A DNA stretch of 64,000 nucleotides from assembly GCA_964342815.1 (NCBI GenBank), contig CAYFHS010000002.1:56690-120689 (forward strand). Direction: 5' to 3'. The stretch is from an uncultured archaeon. GTDB lineage: Archaea; Thermoplasmatota; Penumbrarchaeia; JASLWR01. Shown here in pieces: positions 1 through 9,742 of the stretch (the first letter of the stretch is position 1; every line of letters starts with the position of its first letter). The notes beneath the pieces were generated by a model that saw nothing but the letters and a program-made list of their open reading frames with translations, had not been told where the DNA came from and did no database searches. A program made the position numbers and the translations under genes.

Positions 1-461
1 TTGGGGGAATGAACAGGGGCAGACCCAATACTGAAGACCTTAATAATGCTAAAGAGTTTGCTCAGAACATGAAGCAGGACGCGTGCGGCTCATAGCTATG
101 TAAAAAATAGCACAATGGGAATGTAGTGATAAATGTTAGCTATAATAATAATAAGACCGGATCGGATAGTTCAAGATAAGAGCACTAGTTCTTAAAGAAT
201 ATGGGTTCCTTGATAATTGATGTCATGACACGTCACTCTTCTTTAGAATATAGACTGTCAATATCTCTGCTAGTAACCGCCCCTCTGCTCATCTTACTCT
301 ATAGCTCACAGGCCTTTCGGATATCGAAGAGGTATTATTGTAAAAAAAAAAGGTGAAAATTACTCAGTAAACCACACACTTCGTTGGATTGTCAAAACTA
401 ACTATAATTAAATCGACAATCTATTTATATCTAGGATTAATAATATTATCTTGGTGTAGAC

Positions 462-3332
462 TTGGATACGGGAAGGATTAGATTTCGGTGTATAATCGTT
501 ATAATTATAGTTCTCTTCCAATTTTTACCAATGAATATTATTATTCTTGAATACGAATCATCAGTTCATTCATTAAATGAATCATACATTAACGACATTT
601 CTACGCGGGATTCGGGAATTACCTACAATGAATGGGGTATGTGGCGGGGGGATTCGAACCATACGGGGAATGCAAGCTGTACGGGACCAAGTTCATGGAA
701 CCAACTTTGGAGGGGGGGCAAAAAATCGAACATGTACAGTTCCCCTGCCGTTAAGTATGGAAAGGTCTACATTGGAAGGGGCGCCTGGGTCTACTGTTAT
801 GAAATAGCCACCGGATCAATTGTCTGGTCAATTAATCTGAGTTATAATATTGATTCCTCACCCCTGCTTTTTGAGGGAAGGGTTTATATCGGCGGCGGCA
901 GTGAACTATTCTGCCTGGATGCCAATGGAACGGGAGGGAGCACGACAATATACTGGACCGCCAAAATTGGCGGTATTGTCCGCAGCTCGCCAACTACGGA
1001 TGGAGACGATGATATCTTTATTGCGTCCGGTAATGGTCTTCTCTGGGCGATATACACAAATGGTACTGAACATTGGAATTCCTCCATTTACGGGGGGGCT
1101 GACTGTTCACCTGCATATTGGAACGGCAGGGTATATTGTGGCTCCGGTGGATATCTGGGAGGAGGTGAATACGTTTACTGCTTCAATGCGGATACAGGAG
1201 CCCGAATTTGGTCTTATAAACTTGCTTCGGCCCCCTGCAGTTCTCCCGCTTTGGCCTACGGCAATGTCTATATTGCAGGCATAGGTGAAAACGGTCATAT
1301 CTATTGCCTGGATGCAATGGGTTCCGGGGGAACCACCACCCTGTTATGGAAACACGATATCGGTGGATCATATGGTTCACCCGCAGTGGGCTACGAAAGA
1401 GTCTATATCGGCAGCGAGAACGGAGGGAACTTTTACTGCTTTGACGCGTTTGGGAACGGTTCCGGTGAGGGAAAACTGCATTGGACCAAGGATCTCGATG
1501 ATTGGATCCACAGCTCACCCATAATCACTCCAAAATATATTTACGTCGGTGCCGCCGATGGGCGGTTCTACTGCTTGAACAGGACCGATTCCTCTACGGT
1601 ATGGTCAAAGAAACTGAGTACAAACAATGGTTATTGGGGTATAAGTTCTTCTCCGGCCCTTGCAGGGAACCTGATCTTTATGACCACTGATGGTGATGGG
1701 CTTTATTGCATCGGCGACAAGAAAGACATTGAACCACCTTCGGTTCTCAGCACCTTTCCCGTTTCAAACGCCATGGAAGTGAGTACGGATATTGAGATCG
1801 AGATAGTTTTTGATAAACCGGTTGATCCTTCCACAATTACAGAAACCTCGATAATTTTAAAAGATTCAGAGGCCCAGACCGTTTTATGCTCTGTTCGGTC
1901 GAACATAGCAGGGGACACCACCTACCTCAAACCGATCAATCCGTTAAACAAGGATGAGTTATACACCGTAACTGTCACTACCGATATCGTTGATCTCGTT
2001 GGATTTCATCTGGATGGGGACGGAGATGGAAATGATGAAGGGGCCGGTATTGATGAATACACATTCTCGTTTACCACCGTTCCCCTATATCCGCCGCATA
2101 TTGATCCGATCCCCACACAGCGACCCCCTGAGGATATTCTTTTTGTGGTAAACCTCTCCTCATACATCTCAGACAAGGACACAGCCAATGAAAAGCTGAT
2201 CCTTGAGGTGAATTCTTCTTACATTACCGTGGATGGTCTGGACCTTCAAATGTTGTATCCTACGGGAATCTCTGCCGAGGTGGTCAATCTATCAGTAAGC
2301 GATGGCGAATTCCCAAAACCAACCTACAGGGATTTTCTGGTAGAGGTCATCAGCGACAACTATCCACCATTACTATCTTCCGTTCCTCAACAAAACCTGA
2401 CTGAAGATATTCACTTCGAACTTGATATGACCCCATATATTAAGGACCTGGATACTCCTTTTTCCAATATCACACTGAGGGATAACTCATCATATTCGGA
2501 AATTGATGGGCTTGTTATCAATTTCATGTATCCAAACGGGGTGAGCTTCGATATGGTAAACGTGTCGGTATACGATGGAAAGAGCACGGATTATTTGACC
2601 ATCAATGTGAGCATTGCTCCTGTCAATGATGCCCCGATCATCACGGAAATACCAACCCAGGAAGTGGTCAAGGATGTGCCGACCAACTTATCGCTTGAAG
2701 ACCATATCTCCGACATCGACAATCATCTCCTTGATCTGGTCATAACCGTTGATTCACCATATATTGAAGTTCAGGGACACATCCTCAAAATGACATATCC
2801 TGATGGTGTCGCCGAGGACGTGGTGAATGTCACGGTATCGGATGGGCAGCTCTCCGATAACACCACTCTGTTCGTACAGGTATATCTGGCAAATGCCCCT
2901 CCCTCGCTCTCCAAACCTCAGGTAAATCCTGAAGAGGGTGATACCGGTACTGATTTCGTGTTCAGTGTGGTTTTCACGGATGCGGATATGGGTGAAAGGG
3001 CTCCAGAGGTCCAACTTGTCATTGGTGAGGAAAAATTCTCATGTGTCAAGGTTTCGGGGGATTACCGTACGGGTGCAACATTCAAGTTCAACTTAACACT
3101 CCCCAAAGGCGAGCATACGTTCCATTTCACAGCGGATGATCATCGCGGCGGCAGGGCTTACACGGATGATCTGAACATCACCGTGTCCTCTGAGAAAGGT
3201 GCTAATGACAAAGTAGGATCGAGTAAGGGATTCATTGTAGGTACATTATTGGTGGCTGCCTTTCTCCTTCTTATAATCACAGCTGTTTTAATATTAATGC
3301 TGTTTAAGGGAAAGAAGAAAGAGCCGCAGTGA
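462..3332 (+). CDS. Secreted/membrane-anchored PQQ-like beta-propeller protein with SbsA Ig-like and cadherin-like domains and a C-terminal TM anchor
   Basis: Repeated SSPA..G.VY(IG) / W motifs after WGMWRGD..HTG; PPSVLST.P...VST Ig-like start; N.PP.I..IP cadherin-type repeats; hydrophobic C-terminal helix followed by KGKKK. Confidence 0.85.
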   Translation: MDTGRIRFRCIIVIIIVLFQFLPMNIIILEYESSVHSLNESYINDISTRDSGITYNEWGMWRGDSNHTGNASCTGPSSWNQLWRGGKKSNMYSSPAVKYGKVYIGRGAWVYCYEIATGSIVWSINLSYNIDSSPLLFEGRVYIGGGSELFCLDANGTGGSTTIYWTAKIGGIVRSSPTTDGDDDIFIASGNGLLWAIYTNGTEHWNSSIYGGADCSPAYWNGRVYCGSGGYLGGGEYVYCFNADTGARIWSYKLASAPCSSPALAYGNVYIAGIGENGHIYCLDAMGSGGTTTLLWKHDIGGSYGSPAVGYERVYIGSENGGNFYCFDAFGNGSGEGKLHWTKDLDDWIHSSPIITPKYIYVGAADGRFYCLNRTDSSTVWSKKLSTNNGYWGISSSPALAGNLIFMTTDGDGLYCIGDKKDIEPPSVLSTFPVSNAMEVSTDIEIEIVFDKPVDPSTITETSIILKDSEAQTVLCSVRSNIAGDTTYLKPINPLNKDELYTVTVTTDIVDLVGFHLDGDGDGNDEGAGIDEYTFSFTTVPLYPPHIDPIPTQRPPEDILFVVNLSSYISDKDTANEKLILEVNSSYITVDGLDLQMLYPTGISAEVVNLSVSDGEFPKPTYRDFLVEVISDNYPPLLSSVPQQNLTEDIHFELDMTPYIKDLDTPFSNITLRDNSSYSEIDGLVINFMYPNGVSFDMVNVSVYDGKSTDYLTINVSIAPVNDAPIITEIPTQEVVKDVPTNLSLEDHISDIDNHLLDLVITVDSPYIEVQGHILKMTYPDGVAEDVVNVTVSDGQLSDNTTLFVQVYLANAPPSLSKPQVNPEEGDTGTDFVFSVVFTDADMGERAPEVQLVIGEEKFSCVKVSGDYRTGATFKFNLTLPKGEHTFHFTADDHRGGRAYTDDLNITVSSEKGANDKVGSSKGFIVGTLLVAAFLLLIITAVLILMLFKGKKKEPQ

Positions 3333-3499
3333 TATAATACATGGTCCCGAAGGTTGATATTACAGAACCGAAGCTCGTTTAGCCAATCTTCGAAAATCTG
3401 CTTCTATGCGTAATCGCTGTATCACAAAACAAGGTGACTTCTCGAAAATAATAAATAAGTTATGAGAAGTATTCTTGCCGCTAATACAGGAGTGATAAA

Positions 3500-3748
3500 A
3501 TGGCTAGCGAAAAAATAATAAAACAATTGAAAACAGGCGCCGTACTGATAATACTCATCGGAGGTCTGCTGGCTTTGGCAGGAGGGCTCATGGTGGGTTT
3601 CGGCGGTGAGAGTGAGAGTATGTCGGGATTGATCGGAGGTATCGCCATTGCTGCTGCCGGTGGATTGACCAGCGGTACTGGAGGCATAATTCTGTCTATT
3701 TCCATAGATATGAAAAAAGAAATGGAAAATAAAAATTCCGAAAAATAA
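3500..3748 (+). CDS. Small membrane protein with two Gly-rich TM helices
   Basis: GGAGTGA RBS before ATG; two hydrophobic segments; fills the gap between neighbouring + strand genes. Confidence 0.6.
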   Translation: MASEKIIKQLKTGAVLIILIGGLLALAGGLMVGFGGESESMSGLIGGIAIAAAGGLTSGTGGIILSISIDMKKEMENKNSEK

Positions 3749-3836
3749 CAAAACTGGCACCTATATTATCCAGTATATACGCCATGAGATAGAATATGCT
3801 CCCAACGAAATTAGAGCATCAGGATGGGAAAGGACA

Positions 3837-4247
3837 ATGAATAAAGACTCCTTCATCATAACACAGCTCATCCTAACCTTATCAGGTATCCTGGCCACGC
3901 TCTGGCTGGTTGGAAATGATATGGTCCAGGGTGATTACTGCCCAAAACTTTTCGGCATTCCCGCCTGCTATCTCGTTCTCGCCGCTTTTTTGCTGGTCCT
4001 TCTTTCTCTGTTCATCAGACATAGATTGATTAATCGGATTGTTTACGGTCTTGGCGCGGGATCAGGGTTGGTTATCGCGATTTGGTTCTCGGGAAATCAG
4101 ATTTTGGGTCTCGACGAATGTCCCAAATGGTTCGGCCTACCACTCTGTTACCTGTCACTCCTGACCTTTGCAGCTCTAATATGGTTGAAGTTGCACATTT
4201 CCGTAAAGAAGAGGGACGGCTCTATTTTAGGTAGTTTCGCTGAATAA
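3837..4247 (+). CDS. 4-TM membrane protein with duplicated CPxxFGxPxCY motif (possible DsbB/VKOR-like thiol-redox protein)
   Basis: CPKLFGIPACY and CPKWFGLPLCY, each located between TM helices. Confidence 0.65.
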   Translation: MNKDSFIITQLILTLSGILATLWLVGNDMVQGDYCPKLFGIPACYLVLAAFLLVLLSLFIRHRLINRIVYGLGAGSGLVIAIWFSGNQILGLDECPKWFGLPLCYLSLLTFAALIWLKLHISVKKRDGSILGSFAE

Positions 4248-4438
4248 TATGCGTCATGGATTTCCCAGTTGCATCTTCCCGAATGATAACGTAATAACTC
4301 CTTTCGGGCCCACATCCGCACAGCTGCCGCTCACCACTCCTTCGGACGCACCCATGATTATGGGATATGTCGACAGGAAAAAGTAATAAGACCAAAAAAT
4401 GGAAAATCCTTTAATATCTACAAGGGGTTGTTAGCTCG

Positions 4439-5797
4439 ATGCCGCCCCCGAAAAAATATCGTCGATCCCTTGTATTTTCTGTTATTGGGGCCTGTGTGAT
4501 AGTTATTATAATATTGATAATGAGCCAGGTATTCACTCCTACCGGCTATGATCCTAACACGTGGTCAGACGAGGAACTCGGACCCCCTCCCTTGAACGTA
4601 ACGTGGGGTAACGTCGTTCCCCTGAACATAGAAGGTTACGAACCCAGCATCTCTTCGGACTCCCAGGGCGCAATGTACATCACAGGCCATAAAAACCTTG
4701 AGGAGAGGGATACCTGGGACTACCTTGCTTCATGGTTCGTCATGAGCAAGGATGAAGGCAAAACATGGTATCCGCCCACAGAGCCATTTCCCAGGGGTGC
4801 CATCTGGCAGACCTATCTGGGCGATGAGGGGGATATCGCCGTGGACGCAAACGATAACGTCTATTATGTTGATACCTATCTTCTCGACAATCATATTCAC
4901 GTTTGGGCGGATCAGGGACAGTACCAGTATTCCGTAAGGATCCAGAAGACCACGGGACTGGACGATCGGCCGTGGATAACCGCACAGGGGAACAATATCG
5001 TTCATTATCTGGGAAACAACGGTGTAGAAGTAAACGGTGGGAGATACTGGTATTACCGCTCCACAAACGGTGCCCGCACCTTTACGGCGGGGGAATCCGT
5101 TCCCGGAAACGGATGGGGCCATATAGACGCGGAAAGGGACGGAGACCATGTTTACATTATCTCGGAGAGCAACGTCGGAGGAGAGGCCGACATTCGTGTT
5201 TACGTAAGCGACGAACAGGGCGCCAGCTGGGATTTTTCCAATCCGGTGGTTGTGGGACACCGGGACGGTCCGGGGCGTCAGTACCCAATCATTACAGTGG
5301 GAGCCAATGGCGACGTTTGGTGCCTTTGGAACGACGCTTCCAACGGGGTGGAGAATGGCACCCGCGTCTTCGTGGGAAGGAGTACCGACTTCGGCCGCAG
5401 CTGGGACACATGGGACATAACACCTTTCAAGGGTTTTCTGGACTATCCCACCATCAACGCCGGGCCGGATGGCTCCGTGGCGGTATCATTCTACGCCACA
5501 AAAGACCTGCCGGTATCCGAAAACAGCGAATGGTACATATACGGGGCCCTGGCACTTAACGCCGGCAGCGGCAATCTATCGTTGAACTTTTCCATAGCTG
5601 ACCCGACCCCTGTTTATGTGGGCTCCAATCTTCATGCCCTTCACGATTTTTACGAGATCGTCATCACACCGGATATGGCATTGAACCTTGCCTATCAGTA
5701 TTATGTAGGACCTGGAAACGGGGACAGCATGCTCTATTTCGTCAGAGGTATCGTTGAGAACCCCAACCAAGGAGCGGAAGTGATTGACAGCGGATAA
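4439..5797 (+). CDS. Membrane-anchored BNR/Asp-box (sialidase-like) beta-propeller protein
   Basis: N-terminal TM; Asp-boxes SKDEGKTW, STNGARTF, SDEQGASW, STDFGRSW. Confidence 0.8.
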   Translation: MPPPKKYRRSLVFSVIGACVIVIIILIMSQVFTPTGYDPNTWSDEELGPPPLNVTWGNVVPLNIEGYEPSISSDSQGAMYITGHKNLEERDTWDYLASWFVMSKDEGKTWYPPTEPFPRGAIWQTYLGDEGDIAVDANDNVYYVDTYLLDNHIHVWADQGQYQYSVRIQKTTGLDDRPWITAQGNNIVHYLGNNGVEVNGGRYWYYRSTNGARTFTAGESVPGNGWGHIDAERDGDHVYIISESNVGGEADIRVYVSDEQGASWDFSNPVVVGHRDGPGRQYPIITVGANGDVWCLWNDASNGVENGTRVFVGRSTDFGRSWDTWDITPFKGFLDYPTINAGPDGSVAVSFYATKDLPVSENSEWYIYGALALNAGSGNLSLNFSIADPTPVYVGSNLHALHDFYEIVITPDMALNLAYQYYVGPGNGDSMLYFVRGIVENPNQGAEVIDSG

Positions 5798-7052
5798 CGG
5801 GCTGATGAGAAAAGGATCAAGGAGGGTTTGGCGGACATGGAAATGGGGTTTCTTGATTGCGTTTGTGGTAATGATTGCGGTCTTCATATTTGGTTTGAAC
5901 GTGGAGGTCCAGCATAAAAGGTCCGGAATAAAAGGAGAAGAACCAATAAAATTCTTCGAAACGGACGTGTCTCCGTCAATCGCAGTCGGTATGAACAGTT
6001 ATACGGTAAGCATATCCAATGATCGGAAATATACTATTACGTGGGTGAAAATGGAGTTCCGCGGGCCCAACATGCAGGCTCCGAGCCATGAGCCCGAGAC
6101 CCATTCCGATTCCATAGGAGCCGGTGGGGAGACGAGTTATTCTTTCGATATCCCGAAGGGTGCCGAATCCGCTGAGTTCGAACTGACCGGAGATTCTCTG
6201 CCTGGATTTGCCGACATCAATCTTTACGTTAGAGGCTCAAATACAAGTGCTGAATGGTCATCGGAAAGCTCATCGAACGACGAGAACATTAGACTGTCAA
6301 GCTCGGATATAGAATCAGGTGGATACGGCGCATACACCATTAGCGTCAGGCATGAAGGCGGCGTCCGGTCAGTCTCATACACGCTGAGCATATCACTGAG
6401 CTACGCCGATCTCGTCCTTTCCCATACACATTCCAACGCTATCCCGCCCGAAGATACATTAAATCTGGACTATATTATAAATCTGGACGCGGCGCAGGTG
6501 GATGAATTGGGGTTTTATATCTCGGCCCGGATCAGACTCCCTGACGGAATGACCATGGAGATACGGAGGGTCTACAGCTCCAGTTGGTCGGTGCTTGAGG
6601 AAGTTACCCCGACACCGGATGAACTTAAGGACTCGGAACCCTGGGGACCTGTGGATACCACCGGTACGGTATCGGGAGTGGCATATGCCATTGCAGTTTT
6701 AAGCGGGATAGTGCTTTGGGCCCGGCTGCGGTTCACCGAAATGGTCAAACCGCGGTTTATAGGTCCGGTACACTGCTTCATATCACTGATCTCCCTTATC
6801 CTTGCTGTTGATCACACGGCAATAGCGCTGCAAAAATCCTGGCCTTGGGGGTCTCCCGGAATGTTATTCTCGTACCTTTCCATAGTGACGATGTTGGGAT
6901 TCACCGTTTTTTCATTCTACGACGTTGAAGGAAAGGAATGGCTGGGCAAAAGAAAATGGCGAAAGGTCCACCTGATCCTTACAATACTGCTTTTCCTGGT
7001 CGTGGTTCTCCATATCGGGTTGATGGGCGATCACCTGGGTTTTCTGAAGTGA
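5784..7052 (+). CDS. Membrane protein: N-terminal TM, extracellular PPC-like beta-sandwich, C-terminal ferric-reductase-like (di-heme b) TM domain
   Basis: ADINLYVR...SSNDENI PPC-like segment; two H-x13-H pairs in TM helices. The ATG at 5805 is an alternative start. Confidence 0.65.
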   Translation: MTADNGLMRKGSRRVWRTWKWGFLIAFVVMIAVFIFGLNVEVQHKRSGIKGEEPIKFFETDVSPSIAVGMNSYTVSISNDRKYTITWVKMEFRGPNMQAPSHEPETHSDSIGAGGETSYSFDIPKGAESAEFELTGDSLPGFADINLYVRGSNTSAEWSSESSSNDENIRLSSSDIESGGYGAYTISVRHEGGVRSVSYTLSISLSYADLVLSHTHSNAIPPEDTLNLDYIINLDAAQVDELGFYISARIRLPDGMTMEIRRVYSSSWSVLEEVTPTPDELKDSEPWGPVDTTGTVSGVAYAIAVLSGIVLWARLRFTEMVKPRFIGPVHCFISLISLILAVDHTAIALQKSWPWGSPGMLFSYLSIVTMLGFTVFSFYDVEGKEWLGKRKWRKVHLILTILLFLVVVLHIGLMGDHLGFLK

Positions 7053-7172
7053 TGTGAATAATTTCATATTAAAATTATTAGATGTTACACAGTATACTTT
7101 TTTCTATGACAGATTATCATTGGGTCATCCCAAATTCCACGCCCTTCCTCCATATCTTTTCTCTTCTAAAGA

Positions 7173-7324
7173 GGACCTGCTCCCGTTTCACTCCGGTGTC
7201 CACTTCGTTCCGCAACACCCAGCAGGTGTTGCTACACCCTCGGTAGATGTACCTACAGGTGTAACTGCGTCACACCTGAGCCCTCGCCTTTTAAGCCTAC
7301 GGGCGACGTAAGAAACGCAGGTCC
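7173..7324 (+). repeat. Multi-hairpin intergenic element, copy A
   Basis: Closed by GGACCTGC/GCAGGTCC; internal hairpins GCAACACC/GGTGTTGC, GGTA/TACC, CAGGTGT/ACACCTG; motif blocks shared with 30044-30150 and 43306-43510. Confidence 0.8.
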
Positions 7325-7531
7325 GACACAAAAATAACAGAAATTAAGGGTGGGGGCACTACCCCCATGAACGGCATCTACGCCGTTCCAGTGCATTTCA
7401 CAAACCTGCACCCGGGCCCCAATTAGAAAGCTAAGAGATATCAAACTAACAGCCTATCTGTGCAGATGGTAATTTCGATTACCCGATTAAAATAATTAAA
7501 ATCGTTTTACGAAAGAATTATTTAACAGTAA

Positions 7532-9334
7532 TTGAATAATATATCTATGTATACGAAATCACGTGATCTTAAGGTTCTCATCTACAGTGTAGCCATTTTT
7601 ACCATATTTGCCGTGTTAATATCCGCTCCCGTGCTTGGTTCGGTTCCCCCCCAAAAAATAAATTACCCGGATGAACCAAACAGAGCTATCGCACCCATCG
7701 AGCTGGTATCACCCAAAGAAGCCAGGGTCGTAAGTGGTATAGGAATTGAATTAAGCTGGAACGTTGCCGGCGAATATTCCGGATCATACTCTTTTGATGT
7801 ATATGTATCCGAAGATGGAGAAAAAGTCACGGCATCAAACAAGGGTACTCGACTGGGCAGCGGTCTGACCGAAACATCCCTGAAGGCCATGATCCTCCTC
7901 GATAAAACGACGTATTACTGGAAGGTAGTCGGGAAAGATATTGGGGACAACGAGCAGATCTCGTCACTTGTTGGACAATTTTCCATCGACAGATCGATAC
8001 CGGACCCGGATAACTATCTCGGCATATCGGTATCGAATCCGAATCCGAGATACGGGGAAGAGGTATATTTCGCTGCCATGGTCCCCAACACATTCGGCGA
8101 TTTCATTAGCTATTCGTGGGATTTTGAAGACACAAACGAGAATATCGAGGGAAGCGACAAAGCAAAGGTCACGCATAGTTTTCAGCGACATGGAAAAAAA
8201 CTCGTTCAGCTGACGGTATCAGATGAGCTTGGTAACGAACAGAGTACATCGGTTCTGGTAGAAGTGGAGGGAGGTGAACCTGCTGCGTCTATGTCGGGGG
8301 GGAGTATGAAAGATAGTTCGTACTCGTCTATTATCGTTGTCTGTATGGTAGTGTTTTTCATAGTTATTATCATAGTGGTAGTCGCCATTTCGGCGGCAGC
8401 AAAGGAAAAGGAACGTCAGAAAAATCAGTTTGCGGTACCTTCCGAGATATACGAGACAGAGGACAAGGGAGATCACCCGGACGAGAACCCCGAATTCATC
8501 TACAACATGGAATGGTACATGGAGAAGGGATTTCGAAAGGTGACCGATGAAATGAAGAATATGACAAAGGCCACCAAGGACCTTGTCAAGGGCGAACGAT
8601 TCGGAAAATACCTATCAATCTTCATCGTGGCCTTTGCCATTTCCACCATGGTCTCGGCATACCTGCAGTCCAATTCCAACCAGGAAAGTACCGAAAAATA
8701 CAGCCTTGCAAAAACCCACCTCGAAGATTCCAACACCCTTCTTCTTCAGGCGGAGAGCATTATCGACAACGACGTCAATCTGCTGGAACAGGCAAGGCGG
8801 TATTACGTGGAAGGGGAGAACCTCCTGTGGAAGTATATCCAGAAAACGCTGAACGGAACACCCGAAAGTTATTACAACGAAATAGGGGACTCGCTCATTG
8901 CTTTCAACAACGCCTACGGACTGATCGTTCAGAGCAATTTGTATAGATCAAAGCATGTCACACGCAGCTACGCCGTCAACCTTGTGGATTTCGATGATTT
9001 CGTACCCTGGGACTACAGTAACGAGCAGATAAAACTTATCTCCATAGACATATTGGGAGTTCTGGAAAAATACAGATCCGATTTCGACAGCTACGAGGAA
9101 GATCTGAAAGAAGAATCAATCTCTCTCCGGGGATATGCAGATTCGCAGTTCGACGGGGCCAATGAACTGGGTGACGAAGGCCTCTCATTTACCAGAGCGA
9201 CGACATTCTTCTCCATCGCCACGTCGGTGATAGGGATTTCCATCGTACCTAAGAACAAGTATACAAGGAGAATTCTCATATTCGTCGGTTTGGCAGTATT
9301 TGCTTCCGGTTTCTTTTTCATACAGATATATTAG
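7532..9334 (+). CDS. Membrane protein with fn3-like and PKD exodomain, TM, and a C-terminal multi-TM domain (DUF4337-like)
   Basis: TYYWKVVG motif; YSWDF.D...VTHSF..HG...V.LTVSD PKD motif; central TM; two further TM regions. Confidence 0.7.
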   Translation: MNNISMYTKSRDLKVLIYSVAIFTIFAVLISAPVLGSVPPQKINYPDEPNRAIAPIELVSPKEARVVSGIGIELSWNVAGEYSGSYSFDVYVSEDGEKVTASNKGTRLGSGLTETSLKAMILLDKTTYYWKVVGKDIGDNEQISSLVGQFSIDRSIPDPDNYLGISVSNPNPRYGEEVYFAAMVPNTFGDFISYSWDFEDTNENIEGSDKAKVTHSFQRHGKKLVQLTVSDELGNEQSTSVLVEVEGGEPAASMSGGSMKDSSYSSIIVVCMVVFFIVIIIVVVAISAAAKEKERQKNQFAVPSEIYETEDKGDHPDENPEFIYNMEWYMEKGFRKVTDEMKNMTKATKDLVKGERFGKYLSIFIVAFAISTMVSAYLQSNSNQESTEKYSLAKTHLEDSNTLLLQAESIIDNDVNLLEQARRYYVEGENLLWKYIQKTLNGTPESYYNEIGDSLIAFNNAYGLIVQSNLYRSKHVTRSYAVNLVDFDDFVPWDYSNEQIKLISIDILGVLEKYRSDFDSYEEDLKEESISLRGYADSQFDGANELGDEGLSFTRATTFFSIATSVIGISIVPKNKYTRRILIFVGLAVFASGFFFIQIY

Positions 9335-9360
9335 TCCGTACGAGTGGCTCGGAGAAAAGA

Positions 9361-9657
9361 TCAAAATACCGGGAATAGGATCAAGCCAAGCAGTAATCCG
9401 AAATACACAACAAAACAAGCGGCCCGGACGACAATATTTTTCGTACGATTGTAAATAAATACCAATCCAGGAATGCCGACAGCCACCATGAAAGCTCCGA
9501 ATAGTATCATTATCAGAAGCCCGGTCCGGCTCAATGTGGTCTCAAACCCCACAAAGATGAATATGAGGCTGAAAATGGCCGTGCCTATGAAGAAGCATAT
9601 GGCCTCGAGACACCCCGACTTTTCCTTTTTTTGATTTTTCTTTTCTTTTTCATTGAT
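9361..9657 (-). CDS. Small 3-TM membrane protein; start uncertain (open frame extends upstream of the called GTG at 9552)
   Basis: Frame is open to 9675 (INEKEKKNQKKEKSGCLEAICFFIGTAIFSLIFIFVGFE...); GAGGTG RBS at 9671-9666 precedes three ATC codons. Confidence 0.55.
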   Translation of the reverse strand: MNEKEKKNQKKEKSGCLEAICFFIGTAIFSLIFIFVGFETTLSRTGLLIMILFGAFMVAVGIPGLVFIYNRTKNIVVRAACFVVYFGLLLGLILFPVF

Positions 9658-9742
9658 GATGATAGCACCTCGAAATCACCCCCAATGGGTGATTTTTTCT
9701 GTTTCCGCGCTAATTAATTTTTCTTTGATCTGGAGACCCAGC

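Noticed and set aside
1-460. Possible gene or RNA at the window start
   Set aside because: No ORF of meaningful length and no recognisable structure.
4250-4380. Weak hairpins with CCTTCGGACG resembling the repeat family
   Set aside because: Only short matches and no clear closing helix; cannot be distinguished from chance by eye.
4730-5559. Long overlapping or antisense ORFs here and elsewhere (e.g. 17469-18152, 20778-21398, 27221-27808, 54221-54700)
   Set aside because: They shadow well-supported genes, lack motifs, and are expected from codon bias and low-complexity coding sequence.
7173-7420. Element A as SRP RNA or RNase P RNA
   Set aside because: The minus strand has GGGAGCAGG but lacks the SRP helix-8 CAGG-stem-GNRA context; no RNase P GAGGAAAGUCC motif; multiple dispersed homologs argue against a single-copy RNA gene.
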